A stretch of DNA of 64,000 nt from NCBI GenBank assembly GCA_946965045.2, contig OX337239.1, positions 2,914,001 to 2,978,000 of the forward strand. The letters run 5' to 3'. Origin of the DNA: Epithemia pelagica (lineage: Eukaryota; Protista; Bacillariophyta). A program made the translations under genes and the position numbers. Positions 1 through 11,900 of this stretch are shown here, piece by piece (positions within the stretch are counted from its first letter, which is position 1; each line of letters starts with the position of its first letter). Below the pieces are notes generated by a model. The model was given only the letters and a program-made list of their open reading frames with translations. It made no database searches and was not told the DNA's origin.

Positions 1-1975
1 CAGCATGTCCAAAGTGCTCGAATTGTCCAGGAGTATGGATCGATTGTCCTTTTCCGTGGAATGCATATTCATTGAAGATGCCAATAATGGGTCCATCATT
101 GGTTTCAAACTTAGCGGCACATGTGACAATAGGAATCTCAGTAAGCTCATGATTGTCGATACCCATAATGGATATATGACGACCAGTCTTAGAAAGGATG
201 CGCATGTCAGAACCAGCAAGTCCTCCATTAGCACCACGGTCAACCAATTGGTTTCCTGGGAGAGTAGATTTCCTGGAAGACAGATAGTGCAGTATGTGTC
301 CTTCCTGTTTATGCATATTGGCCTTGAGGCTAACCTTCTTGCTTGTTTTTGACTTGGCGTTGGATAGAACACTGGTCAAGTCAGATGCTGGATGATTGAT
401 GTCAGTCGTCATGGCTTGGTTGATGAATTGTGTAACTGGATCTGACTCATCTTGATGCTCGGAAGTCGCACCAAGTGAAGCATTTTTAGAAACAGCTTCT
501 TGACTGGGGTCAGGATCAGGTTCCGGATCAATGTCAAGGGCATGTGTCTGCACTTTCCTTGGCGTTGTTGATGATGGTGCATGAATCATCTTGCTGTACT
601 CAATGATCAACTTGCGATCTTCTTCAGAAAGTTTGAACCATAGGTCACGCGGCAGACTAACCTTAGATGAAGAGGATGGAGAGTCAGATGTCACGTTAGT
701 GTTGTGAACATGATACTCCATATCATCTTGTGGGCTTAAGTCAGCATCTGTATCTTGGCCGTATTGTGAATCATGTTGTTTGACATGTCGACGGCGACTA
801 TGTGCAGATGACTGGGTTGCTTGATCATGGTCATAAGCTGCGTCTAGAAGGAGACCAAAGTATGATTGATAGCAAAGGGATTTTGCACCGGATTTTGTGT
901 TCACCACATTGTCCAAGATCTTGACTCGGCGGAGATCAGGTACCTTTTCTACAGCTTGCATGAGGAAAGTCATCCTGGTATGATCAGGGATGCGATCAGA
1001 CAATGTCACAAGATTGTCTAGCAAACGTAGCTGCTCTTGAAAGTGTAGAAGAAATTGACGTGTTGTTCCACGCCATGTGTCATCAAGACGTAGATTGGAA
1101 ATGTAGTTGGTTAAACGTAGGACTTCTCGTTTTGCGAGATCAGATTCAGTATGTAATGAATGTAACTTCTTCAATACGGCACGCGCATCTTCATCATGTT
1201 CATGTTCACGTACATAGGCTCGACCTTGGTCAGTCTGGATAATACGGACAAGAACGGAGTAAAGAAATACTTGTTGCTCTTGGAATAGTTCTTCATCATA
1301 CTCATCATCTTTGGGAGGTGTGTACTTGAAATTCAGAACGTTGGATAGGCCTTGTGCCTTAGCTGTAGTCTTGAATACACGCCAGAATGAATCCTAGTAT
1401 CGTTCATCCTTGAATACCTCATATACAGTTGCGTCGCGCTTAGTTCCCTTTCTGAACGCCGTTAGGTCTTGTTGAGATTGGGATGCGGCAGTAACTGTGC
1501 TGACAGATTTTGCAGATGACGGCGACTTCATTGGCAAGACTGGGACTTGGCTAGGTTGTCCATTGGAGAAATTTGTATTGATCCTCCAAATGTTGAACTC
1601 TTTCCTCGTTAGGGTCATCCAGTCGCTATTGGATAGCTCATCTTGAATTTCATTGGTCTTGTGTATGGCCCAATAGGCTAAGAGCTTGATATGTTGTCTT
1701 GTAGGACCTTGCAGATCATGCGTCTTGTTGTTGACCTTGTACTGGGTTAGTTCGTTCATGGATTCCTCAGTATTGGTTTGCATGTACGAGAGAACATGAG
1801 TTATGTTCTCAAAACCATGGTATTTCATCCACTTCATTAAATAGTCAGCTCTTTCTTTGGTAAAGTGTTGACAAGCAGTATATATGATGTGGTCGAATAA
1901 GTCTGTGTTCGAGACATTGTCTTGGTTATCTTCTCCCTTAGGAGTCGTAGGTGTCTTGGGTGGTTGAGGATCCAT
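1..1975 (-). pseudogene. gag: Ty1/Copia (CoDi-like) gag-protease region, disrupted; continues off the window edge
   Basis: ORF 1394..1975 ends ...DLTAFRKGTKRDATVYEVFKDERY* and reads on past the stop as DSFWRVFKTTAKAQGLSNVL, a diatom Copia gag signature. Near 220-250 the minus strand reads QLVDRGANGGLAGSDMRIL...IDNHE, the protease-like motif of these elements. Confidence 0.8.
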
Positions 1976-2490
1976 GGTAGTACTTGATTGGTTTTATTTA
2001 ATGTGTGGTGTGATATGAACCCGGATGTACCACGTATATGCCACGTATAAAGTACCCGGATGTGTGTTGTGATGTCCAAAAGGTAACCCGGATGTGCGGA
2101 ACTCGGTTTTGTCTCTGGTTTGGTGTGAAAACGACTTAAAGATACTTATTCTTGGTCTCTTCCAGACTCGTTGCGGTGATCGAGTTGAACCGGGGAATCA
2201 GGGACAGTGGTAGCTTGCTCGTCTTGCTCGTAGTCCTCAACAAAGTGGTTCACTGGTCAGGTGAGTATTGGGAAGGTAGTTGCACGGAGTCCTGGTGCAG
2301 CTTGAGGTCCTGGAATAGGAGAGGGTTGGTGACCCTAGCCTTAGCCAGGCTGGCCCTGTTGTTGGGTTGGGTAGCTTTGTCCTCTAACTCTTGTTTGTTG
2401 GGGTATCTCAATCTGTAGTGGGTGTTGATGGGTAAGTAAGATGGGTAAGTAAGGTTCCAAATGCAACTGCAGGGAAATAAGCAGTGAGAC

Positions 2491-3060
2491 TGTTAATCTA
2501 GTAGAATTCTTTCAAACTCATGGGGGATAATGCTCGGTAGAGCAGACAATCAGGTAGGTCACCAACCGATAGTAGTATCTCCACGGGTCAGAGATACAAC
2601 CAAGTCGTAGTCTATCAAAAGGATAGTCGGGACACAAAAGAGGATGTGATAAATGGTAATATTGTTAGATTGTGAGCTTTAGGACTACGGTGTGTGTTTT
2701 GATGTGCAGGTCTGGCCAGGGTGCATGACTGATATATTCATGGCGCTGACAGGACTGGTCTGGTTGGAGTGGAGATGGATATTGTGTATTGGAAGTATAT
2801 GCACTTGTATATCATATACTAATGCCAACAGCTCTTGCTTTGTTGTGATATAGGTATTTTTCTTGGCGCGTTGCCGTTTGCATTCTTCGATTTGTGGGAA
2901 TAGAGATATGGTCTCGCGTGATCGTGATTCGTGCTTCGGTTACTTAGGCCGTTGGGCTAAGTCGTGGAGGTGCGTACTCGGATATTGATTGCGCGTGCTT
3001 GAGAATATTGGGCGCGCATGTGTTGGGCCATAATTAATATCCGATCGGTCGCTCATAACA
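2491..3060 (-). repeat. Putative 5' LTR of the left-edge Copia element
   Basis: The minus strand starts TGTTATG at 3060 and ends ATTAACA at 2491 (TGTTA/TAACA terminal inverted repeat), upstream of gag. The partner LTR is outside the window, so this cannot be confirmed. Confidence 0.35.
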
Positions 3061-3839
3061 CGTGCATTGCGAGCATGCCTTGGCCGAATTTAAAGATCTG
3101 CGAGCATGCCGTCATTCTTTTCTCACTTTTGCGAAAATGTCATCGGATGCCATAAAATACTAGCATCAGTCGATGAGTTGTAGATTCCACCACCACCTGG
3201 TTGTTGGTGAGAATTCTGCCAGGCCAAAGTGGTTCTTATAAGCGGTGGTTCTTAAGTTCCGCTATTTACGGTAGATGCATGTCATGAACAATGCCCCATC
3301 CTAGTTCATTTAATGTCTTAAGCTTTCAAACTATACTCTAGATAACACATCACATACTCTTTCATCTATGAGAAGTTTGATTCTAGACGTCCTATTCATC
3401 TTCCTTTATCAAGCATCCAACTATTGTGCTTATTTGAAATCCAGAATCCTTGACTTCGCCAATTGCTTCTGGTGAGCTATGACAGCAATTGTCAGCTATG
3501 ACAGCAATTGTGGAAACTCAGCTGCTATCCTTCAAACTGAAGAATACTTGCTCTGTTGTATTTCTTCACAAAGTTGTCTGGGTTGTTGTGCATGGGTTGT
3601 AGTGCATGGTGGAGCATTCAACAAGAACAATTTGATGGACCTTCTTTGGAGCATCCGATTTCAGTATTCCCATCATTTTCATTATCTCTACTCTTTTGAG
3701 GAGCTATTTCTTATTGTGACTATCTCATTGGAGCAACACTGGATCACTTACAGTGAAGAAACAAAACTTATAAGGCGATTACTAAGTTTCCCTTGAGAGA
3801 GCCGATCACTTAGGAAGACTGAAAAATACCTACAGTGCG

Positions 3840-4042
3840 CTGGCACGACTCCTCGTGACAAAGGAAGCTAACATACTTTAATAGCCCCGGTGGACTCCTC
3901 GTCGCAGGGTGCTCCTCGTGGCCTAACTCCTCGTCGGGCAACTGGCACGACTCCTCGTGACAAAGGAAGCTAACGAACTTTAATAGCCCCGGTGGACTCC
4001 TCGTCGCAGGGTGCTCCTCGTGGCTTAACTCCTCGTCGGGCA
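3840..4042. repeat. Tandem repeat, 102-bp unit x2
   Basis: CTGGCACGACTCCTCGTGACAAAGG starts at 3840 and 3942; rich in the CTCCTCGT core shared with the next array. Confidence 0.9.
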
Positions 4043-4476
4043 ATAGCGACGAGGAGTGGACTGCCCCCTCGATCCGCTTTGGTGGTATCAGTCCTTGATC
4101 TTGATCTTCTTTGACACAAGAAGTGGCTTAACTCCTCGTCGGGCAATAGCGACGAGGAGTGGACTGCCCCCTCGATCTGCTTTGATGGTATCAGTCCTTG
4201 ATCTTGATCTTCTTTGACACAAGAAGTGGCTTAACTCCTCCTCGGGCAATAGCGACGAGGAGTGGACTGCCCCCTCGATCTGCTTTGGTGGTATCAGTCG
4301 TTGATCTTGATCTTCTTTGACACAAGAAGTGGCTTAACTCCTCCTCGGGCAATAGCGATGAGGAGTGGACTGCCCCCTCGATCCGCTTTGGTGGTATCAG
4401 TCCTTGATCTTGATCTTCTTTGATCCGCTTGGCAGTCCACGCCTCATCGCTATTGCCCGACGAGGAGTTAAGCCAC
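4020..4476. repeat. Tandem repeat, 103-bp unit x~3.9, followed by an inverted partial copy
   Basis: GTGGCTTAACTCCTC starts at 4020, 4123, 4226 and 4329. 4423-4476 is the reverse complement of the unit start. The units contain the stem-loop CTCCTCGTCG-ggcaatag-CGACGAGGAG (perfect in units 1-2, one substitution in units 3-4). Confidence 0.9.
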
Positions 4477-4480
4477 TCCT

Positions 4481-7408
4481 CGAGATTGAGCTGTTGAAAC
4501 AGCGCTGGCGACGCCGCATGGCAGACTTACAGGTCCCGAAACGCTTGTGGGACTATGGACTCGTCTACGAGGCCGGTATTCTCAGCCGCGTCGCTCGGGG
4601 ACAGGAGAATCGTACTGGACTGGAGCGACTTACTGGGAATACCCCAGATATATCCGAATGGCTAGACTTCTCTTTCTTCGACGTCCTCGTCTGGTACCAT
4701 GATAATTCCAAAGAAGACACCACCGACGAACAGCCGTTCCTTGGACACTGGCTCGGGATAGCCCATCGGATTGGTAGCGATTAATGCTACTGGATTCTGA
4801 CGAAAGGAGGCAAGGTTATTGCAAGGACCACAGTACAACGTGTCACACAGGCCGACATGGACGACCCAAAAGTTATGGAACGGATTCGACAGTTCAAGTT
4901 GATTGTCGCGGAGAGGTTGAATGATCGTAATTTTACCGATCATGGGGCAATGGGGCCTGAATATCTGGAAGACATCGAGGATTCGGAGGAAGAAAGGCGG
5001 GGACGGGAGCTGGGAATGATACCAACAGACGAGGAGTATGGGAAGATGATCCAGCGTGAAACAAAAGAGGCAGATGAATATGGTGATGGGTACGATGAGT
5101 ACGTGGGCGCGAAAATAAGGATGGACATCGGGGGCGAAGAATTGGTTGGGACATTGGTGAAAAGGCAAAAGGGATTAGACGGGAGGCCGATTGGGAGACG
5201 ACACAACAACCCCTTGTTCGATACTAGGACTTACTCAGTTCGGTTCCCAGGGGGAGTATTGCACGAATACACCGCGAATGTGGTGGCAGAGAACTTGCAC
5301 GCACAGCTGGACAGCGAGGGCAAACGACATCTGATGATGAAGGAAATCATCGGACATCGGAAAAACGGGGACGCAGTTTCGCGAGAGGATGGGTTTACCA
5401 TCTCTTCAAATGGAAACAAACATCCAAAAAGGACAACAAAGGGATGGCAGATTGCGGTAGAGTGGAAGAACGGGAACCAAGAGTGGGTACCCTTAAAGGA
5501 TATGAAGGAAGGATATGCAGTGGAACTTGCCGAGTATGCAGTCGCGCAGGGCATCGAGCAGGAACCGGCGTTCCACTGGTGGGTACCTCAAGTGTTGAAT
5601 CACTTGCGTCGGTCAAGAAGAAGTACAGGAAAACAACGACGAAATACGGGATCCAGCTACCACACTCCGTGGAAGAGGCACTGAAGATAGATCAGATCAC
5701 CGGGACTACGTTTTGGCGCGACGCCATAGACAAGGAACTACGGGCAGTCAAGATAGCATGGGAGGCTAGAGACGACCTAGATTTGGACGAAGTACGAGCC
5801 GGGCGGCAATTGATTGGGCACACGGAAATATCGTGCCACATGGTATTTGACGTGAAGGTGGATCTGATCCGCAAGGCACGACTGGTAGCAGGGGGGCATA
5901 TGACAAATGCTCCAAATAGCTTGACCTACTCGAGCGTGGTGAGCCGCGATTCGATCCGGGTGGCCTTCCTACTTGCGGCACTGAACAACCTACGGATCCT
6001 CGCCTGTGACATAGGGAATGCTTACCTAAATGCGCCGTGCAGGGAAAAGATCTGGTTCCTTGGAGGGCCGGAAGTGGGCAAGGAGTACCAAGGACGAATT
6101 TGTGTCATGGTTCGAGCACTATACGGGTTGAAATCCTCAGGAGCAAGCTGGCGAGCCACAATGATGGCCTTGCTTTACGAGATGGGGTTCAGAGACACAC
6201 TGGCGGATCCATGTGTTCTACGGCGCAAGGCAAAACGGAAAACAGGGGAGGACTATTATGAGCTTATTCTGGTATATGTAGACGACCTGCTTCTCGTCAG
6301 TGATGATCCACAGCCAGTGCTCGACGAGATAGACAAAAGATATAAAATCAAGGCCAGAAGTATGGGGGAACCCGACGTGTATTTGGGTGCACAGATCTAT
6401 CGACATAACCTGCCGGATGGATCGTGGGCCTATGTGAGTAACGCAGTCAAGATTGTTGAGGGACTGTTACAAGAAGATGGAGTGGGCAAACACCTGAAAA
6501 CAACGGCCAAAGTACCTGTCCCGACAACATACAAGCCGGAACTTGACGTCAGCCAAGAGTTGGATAAGGAACTAACGGCGCGATATCAGCAACTAATCGG
6601 GATCCTCAGGTGGGCAGTGGAACTCGGACGAGTGGATATTTACCTTGAGGTGTCACTACTCTCACAGTACTTGGCAGACCCACGACAAGGACACTTTGAA
6701 GCAACGTACCACATTTTCGCTTACCTGAAGACGCATGCAAAGATGAAGTTAGTCTTTGACCTGAAGGCCGTGGTATTGGACGAGACTTGCTTTGCAAAAG
6801 TTCCAATGGGAGAATGGCGGGAATTTTATGGCGATGTAGCGGAAGAACTCCCCGCCGTCAACATGCCCGAGCCGCTCGGAAAACCGGTACAAGTGACATG
6901 TTTTGTGGATGCAGACCACGCTGGGAACTTGATAACTAGTCGGTCGTACAGCGGTATCTTGATCCTGTTACAAAATGCTCCGATCCTCTGGTACTCACGC
7001 AGACAAAACACGGTTGAGACATCAAGTTTTGGTAGCGAATTCGTTGCCATGCGCATTGCAAAGGAAATGATTGAGGCGATCCGGTACAAGTTGCGTATGT
7101 TTGGCGTACCTGTGGTTACGGCAGCGAATCTCTTATGCGACAACCGCAGAGTGGTCAAGAATACCAGTATCCCTTCTTCTGTGCTGTCTAAACGCCACAA
7201 CGCGATCAACTACCACACCGTACGAGAGGCAGCAGCAGCGGGAATTCTTCGCGTGGGAAAGGAAGGTACCGAAACGAATATTGCGGATCTCTTCACAAAG
7301 ATGCTCCCACAAGATCGGCGAAATGAGCTCTTGTCACAGTTCACCTACTCGTCGGCATTCGGTGCCACTGGTCCTCCAGTTAAGATTACCAACCCCGCAC
7401 ACTTATGA
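4481..7408 (+). pseudogene. pol: Copia pol (INT-RT-RH), one in-frame stop at 4782 and a frameshift near 5600
   Basis: ORFs 4365..4784 and 4857..5684 share a frame; the RT/RH frame is 5444..7408. INT-before-RT order is diagnostic of Copia. Confidence 0.9.
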
Positions 7409-7560
7409 GACAAGATCCTTGTTGAGTCTCTTGCGGGGACTGTCTGGATGACCTCATGACGGGATTGGGTAATCACGGGTAATACGGAACGGTCATTACC
7501 GCGTATCGGCTTACTGAAGGAAAAGGGGTTTTGTTCGTAGTGGTAACCTTAGTCTTTTAG
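4481..7560 (+). mobile_element. 5'-truncated Ty1/Copia (CoDi-like) retrotransposon: integrase C-terminus, RT, RNase H, PPT and partial 3' LTR
   Basis: Integrase (RWRRRM...LWDYGLVYEAGILSR...GHWLGIAHRIG), RT (CHMVFDVK, KARLVAGGH, RALYGLKSSGA, YVDDLL) and RNase H (VDADHAG, ETSSFGSEF, NIADLFTK). GCGGGGAC PPT at 7433-7440 is followed by TG at 7441. Confidence 0.9.
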
Positions 7561-8184
7561 GAACTGGTTTGTACGAAAGTGTACGACGAATTCGACTCCC
7601 AGACAGTCCTTCTCCCCGGCACGAAACAATCGAACCCGACAATCAATCCTCGCTTCGACCAGATCAACGTGTACCACCCAGCCTGTAACAACAGGAAGAG
7701 CGACACGTTCGGAATCATCGTCGGTGTGCCCGCCCAGACAATCAAACACCGCCGGGCGGCACTGGATCTCACATCCGACATCCAGAACACCCTCACCCCT
7801 CATCTCCCTAGGAAGTTACACTACATGGACTTCTTCAACCACATCGGCTGCCGTTCGGGAACATTTAGCGGCGAGCTCAAGAACAAACAAAAAGGACAGG
7901 TTCCTGCCATCTACGTCACGGCATCAACGAGAAACAACTTCGAAGCATTGCTTCGAAGCTACAACGCATACATGGCCGCAAATCGAAACTCCGAAATGAA
8001 ATGGAACAAAAACAACATTCAGCTGATTCCCATGCCGACCAGTCAAGCCAATCGGACAACAACAATTGAAGCAATCAAGGACATCGACCAATTTTTTGGT
8101 GCGTGCGTACGCATCAAGCTTAAACCAATCAACCTGGAAGCGACCGATGGAGATTGGAAACGACTTCGACAGCTACGAGAATTC

Positions 8185-8424
8185 TGAATAAATAATCACG
8201 GGCGCCCCCTTTGTAACCTACGAAGGGCCTCGCCATGCCTCGCTACGCACCGCCTGGCATCGCCCGGCCCCTAGTTATGTGTTCGCTAGTGGGTACCGTG
8301 GTCGCTATTTGGCCCCTACGTGAGCGATTTGCCCCCAAAGGGCACCCCTAGTTTAGTTATCATAACTTCTGATAGTTTGATTGTTGCAAGCCGTATATTG
8401 CGTCTGGCCGTCAGTTTTTATTCA
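8185..8424 (+). repeat. 5' LTR (240 bp)
   Basis: Matches 15360-15599 with 2 substitutions that I could see (cccctaG/Cttt; cataaC/Tttc). Followed by GTTTATCAGACCCA, a possible PBS. Confidence 0.95.
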
Positions 8425-8920
8425 GTTTATCAGACCCACTGTCTGTTGTTTCCCCACTGTTCGCCGGACGGCAAGCGCCTGATCAACGCTCGGGAGTTGT
8501 TCGCGCTAAGCGGCTTCGTCACTCGCTCGCTTGCGTCATCTCTGTGACTTGTTTTTGTCACTGTGGGACCCACTCGCTAATTTGTGACTTGCGACTGCAC
8601 AACGTACCGTGCACGTGCTCGTACACGTGGACCGTCCATCCACGCGCTCCGTACGACTCAATTATATAAGCCTGCTGGCTTTTGACACGTGCCTGCTTGC
8701 TCGCGGAGTCGCCGGTTCGCCGACTCGCGGATTCGCTGATCGCTAGCTCGCTCGCTCGCGGAATCGCCGGACGACTACTCGCCGATTCACTCGCAGATTG
8801 TTGGCTCACAGAAATTCGCTCCTCTCATCACAATTGCAAATTTCTGCACAAGAACAAGCCTTCCCTTGCCATCCGTTTGACCTTCTACTACCCTCCTACC
8901 CTTCATCCGACCCTTGAACC

Positions 8921-11900
8921 ATGGCCGCAAATGCCTTCCGTACTGCACTGGGCCGCTGTGGCTACGACAATGACACCGTTGAGCACCTAACGCAACAGGG
9001 CTTCACAACAACGGATCAGTTCCTGGAGTTTCCTATCAACGAAGTAAAGCCCATGCTGAAGACATTAGCCAAGAACCTACCCGACACTGTCACCCTACCC
9101 TACCAGTTCAACCTGAAGTTCCTTGGCTTCCGAATGTGGTTGGAATATCGTTCTGTCCGTGGTCAAAACCTTGATGCTGGTGGTTATACTGGTGACGTAA
9201 TCACCAAGTGGATGAAACGCGTAACGGAACTCGCGAATGCCACCACCACTGATGGTCAGGATGACCCAGTACCACCCAAAAGGCTAACGAACCTTGCCGA
9301 TTGGGAACGTCACAACGGAATGTGGCGCACGTACTTGGGTCAGCACCGTAATCCGACAACGGGAGTGCCGCTCACCTACGTATTGCGTGAGGAGTCCGAC
9401 GTACCAAACGACGCACTAACCGCCGATTACGACTGCATTGACGACAACCTAGTCGCAACCACTCGTCATGAGGGGGATCAGTACAAAGCCGACCGACGCA
9501 GAGTGTATGAGCTGTACTACCCTCTTATCTACGATGGCCCGGCCTGGACGTTTGCAAAAACGCATGCGAAATCGAAGGACGGCCGTGAGGCCTACCTAAC
9601 CGTCAAGCGGCAAGCCACTGGACAGGCCGCGAGCATCCTGCGCAAGAAACAAGCTTACGCGCAGATCGCAAATGCTAAGTTTACAGGACGAGGGAAGTAC
9701 CGCTTCCATGACTACATCCACCGTCACCAACATGCGCACAACACCCTGGAAGAGCTTGGCGAAACGGTCGCGGAAACGAAAAAAGTGACCGATTTCATGA
9801 ATGGGATCACCGATCCGACGCTCGTCCAAGCAAAGACCGTCGTCAACGGTGACCAGGAGAAGTTGGAGAACTTCGAAGCGTGCCAGCAATACTTCTTGAC
9901 TGTGCACAGTGCCGCCAAAACCGAAACGCAGGACGACTCTCGCAAGATCGCCGCTGCTAGTACCACCCCAAGCAAAGGAAAGGGCAAAGGGCGCAATCAG
10001 AAAAAGAGCAAGAAAAAGAAGGACCGCGTTCATGCTGGTCACTACGATGCCGACGAATAGGCAGACCTGACGGAGGACGAACGCAAACAAGTCCTGGCTC
10101 TTCGCAGAGAGCGCAAAGAAAAGCGGAAGCTTGGATCCGTCACCACAGACGACTCTTCCAACGCATCGTCGAAGAGATCGAAAACGTCGCATGGGAGTAC
10201 TGCTGAGGACGCAATCTCAGTAGACATTGACGAAGACGACGCTAAGCCTGAGGCTAAGACCAACGTATCGGTCATTATGGAAGTAGACGAGAACTTGCTT
10301 GACTCCTCTGTTGACAACGTACCGTCGCCAGACAAGCACTCTAAGTTCCGCGCTTCCGCCTCACCTGCGAAATCATCCGAAGATGATTCGCAGCCGACAA
10401 AGTCCTCAGCTGGCAACAGCTTTGGACGTTTCGCGCATAAGGCTAAAGCACAACCGAACGAACCCGGATCTGCGTCCGTCAAATCCGTACGTACTCGCCC
10501 CATGGGGGAATACGAGACCTATCCACCGATGTGGCAATGGGAAGAGGACGGACGTCCTGATATGAGTCATATGACCATCCCTCCAGTCCCGGAACACGGC
10601 GACATCTTTGTGAAGCTGCCGCTACCGGTCAAAGGCAAGTATGCTGAAGGGACTCGCAACGTCCGCTCACTTACCAAGCATGACCAAAGTATGCTGAAAG
10701 GAAGCTTCCGCGAAGAGATCGACACTATTGTCCACAATAGTCCAATTTGGTCTTGGCGCTGGTCTAAAATGTCAGGCTATGAACGTGAAGAGCGCCAAAT
10801 GTACCATGTGTGCAAACGCTTAGCCGAGCACACGGAAGTGTTCGACGAAGCTTTGCAATACACTATGCTTGCCAATGGACAATTGGCTGCCGCAGAGCGA
10901 AGGCGTAATGTATGCGGTCGTTATTCCGCCGATCTTGAATTCGATGTCCGTGACCCCAATGTCTCTGACAAGTCTGCCGACCTGTCTCCTTCCTCCTGAT
11001 GGAGTGTGCCCTGTGCATCCGCTGCCGAAGCAGTAAAACTTGATAAAACGAATCTTATTGTTCAATCGAATGCACATGTAGGCACCCATTATAGTTATTC
11101 TAAACGTTTCGCACATCGTCTATGTGCTATGAACACCGACGAATATGGTGTTGAGACCATTGAGCTCACCTGTGAGTTGGACTCACATGCGGACACCTGT
11201 GCCGTGGGAAGAGACTTCGTAATGCTCTCCGAAGCCCACCGCTATATCAGTGTGCATCGGTTCGCGGAGGAATATAACCCGCTGACCAATGTCCCTATTG
11301 CGACTGTTGCTACTGTCTGGACTGACAGCGAAAACCAGTCTTACTTGCTTGTTATCCACCAAGCATTGTTTTTAGGGGACCGTATGGGCAGTTCGTTACT
11401 TTGTCCGAACCAGATGCGTGCCCATGGCATCGTTGTCAACGACGTACCTAAACAGTTTGACCCGCACAGCACGCATAGTATCCACGTACCGGATGCCGAT
11501 CTCACCATCCCGCTCACCATGGCTGGTGTGATAAGTGGTTTCGCCACTCGCAAACCCACTTCTGACGAGCTGGAACACTTGCCACAAGTTGTGCTAACTG
11601 CCGATAGCCCATGGCAACCTCGTTCTGCCGCCTTTGCGGACGCGGAGGAGAAACTGGGTGTAGCTGCCGCTACTGTCGTTCGCAATGGCGATCCGAATTC
11701 GATTGCCGCATCCTCCATTCCATGACTCATCAAAGCAGTGCGAACGTACCAGCATGCTTTTGCCAATCCATCACCCGATCTGGACGCCGACGCACAAGGC
11801 GACGACCTGTACAAACGCTTAATAGCGACGGTCACTGTTCATCCAGAGAAGGAGGAGCCTGATGTAGTCCCGGAGGACAAACGTGAACGTCGGCTGTACA

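Noticed and set aside
3061-3790. Possible degenerate coding remnant on the minus strand with a 19-bp tandem duplication (~3476-3515)
   Set aside because: Many stops in all frames and no motif I could assign.
4020-4421. CRISPR-like array (hairpin-containing repeats)
   Set aside because: The units are near-identical end to end with no unique spacers, no cas genes are present, and the context is eukaryotic.
10058-10060. Programmed gag stop-codon readthrough
   Set aside because: The context YDADE*ADLTEDERK fits a mutated Trp within gag, and several other stops follow, so decay is the simpler explanation.
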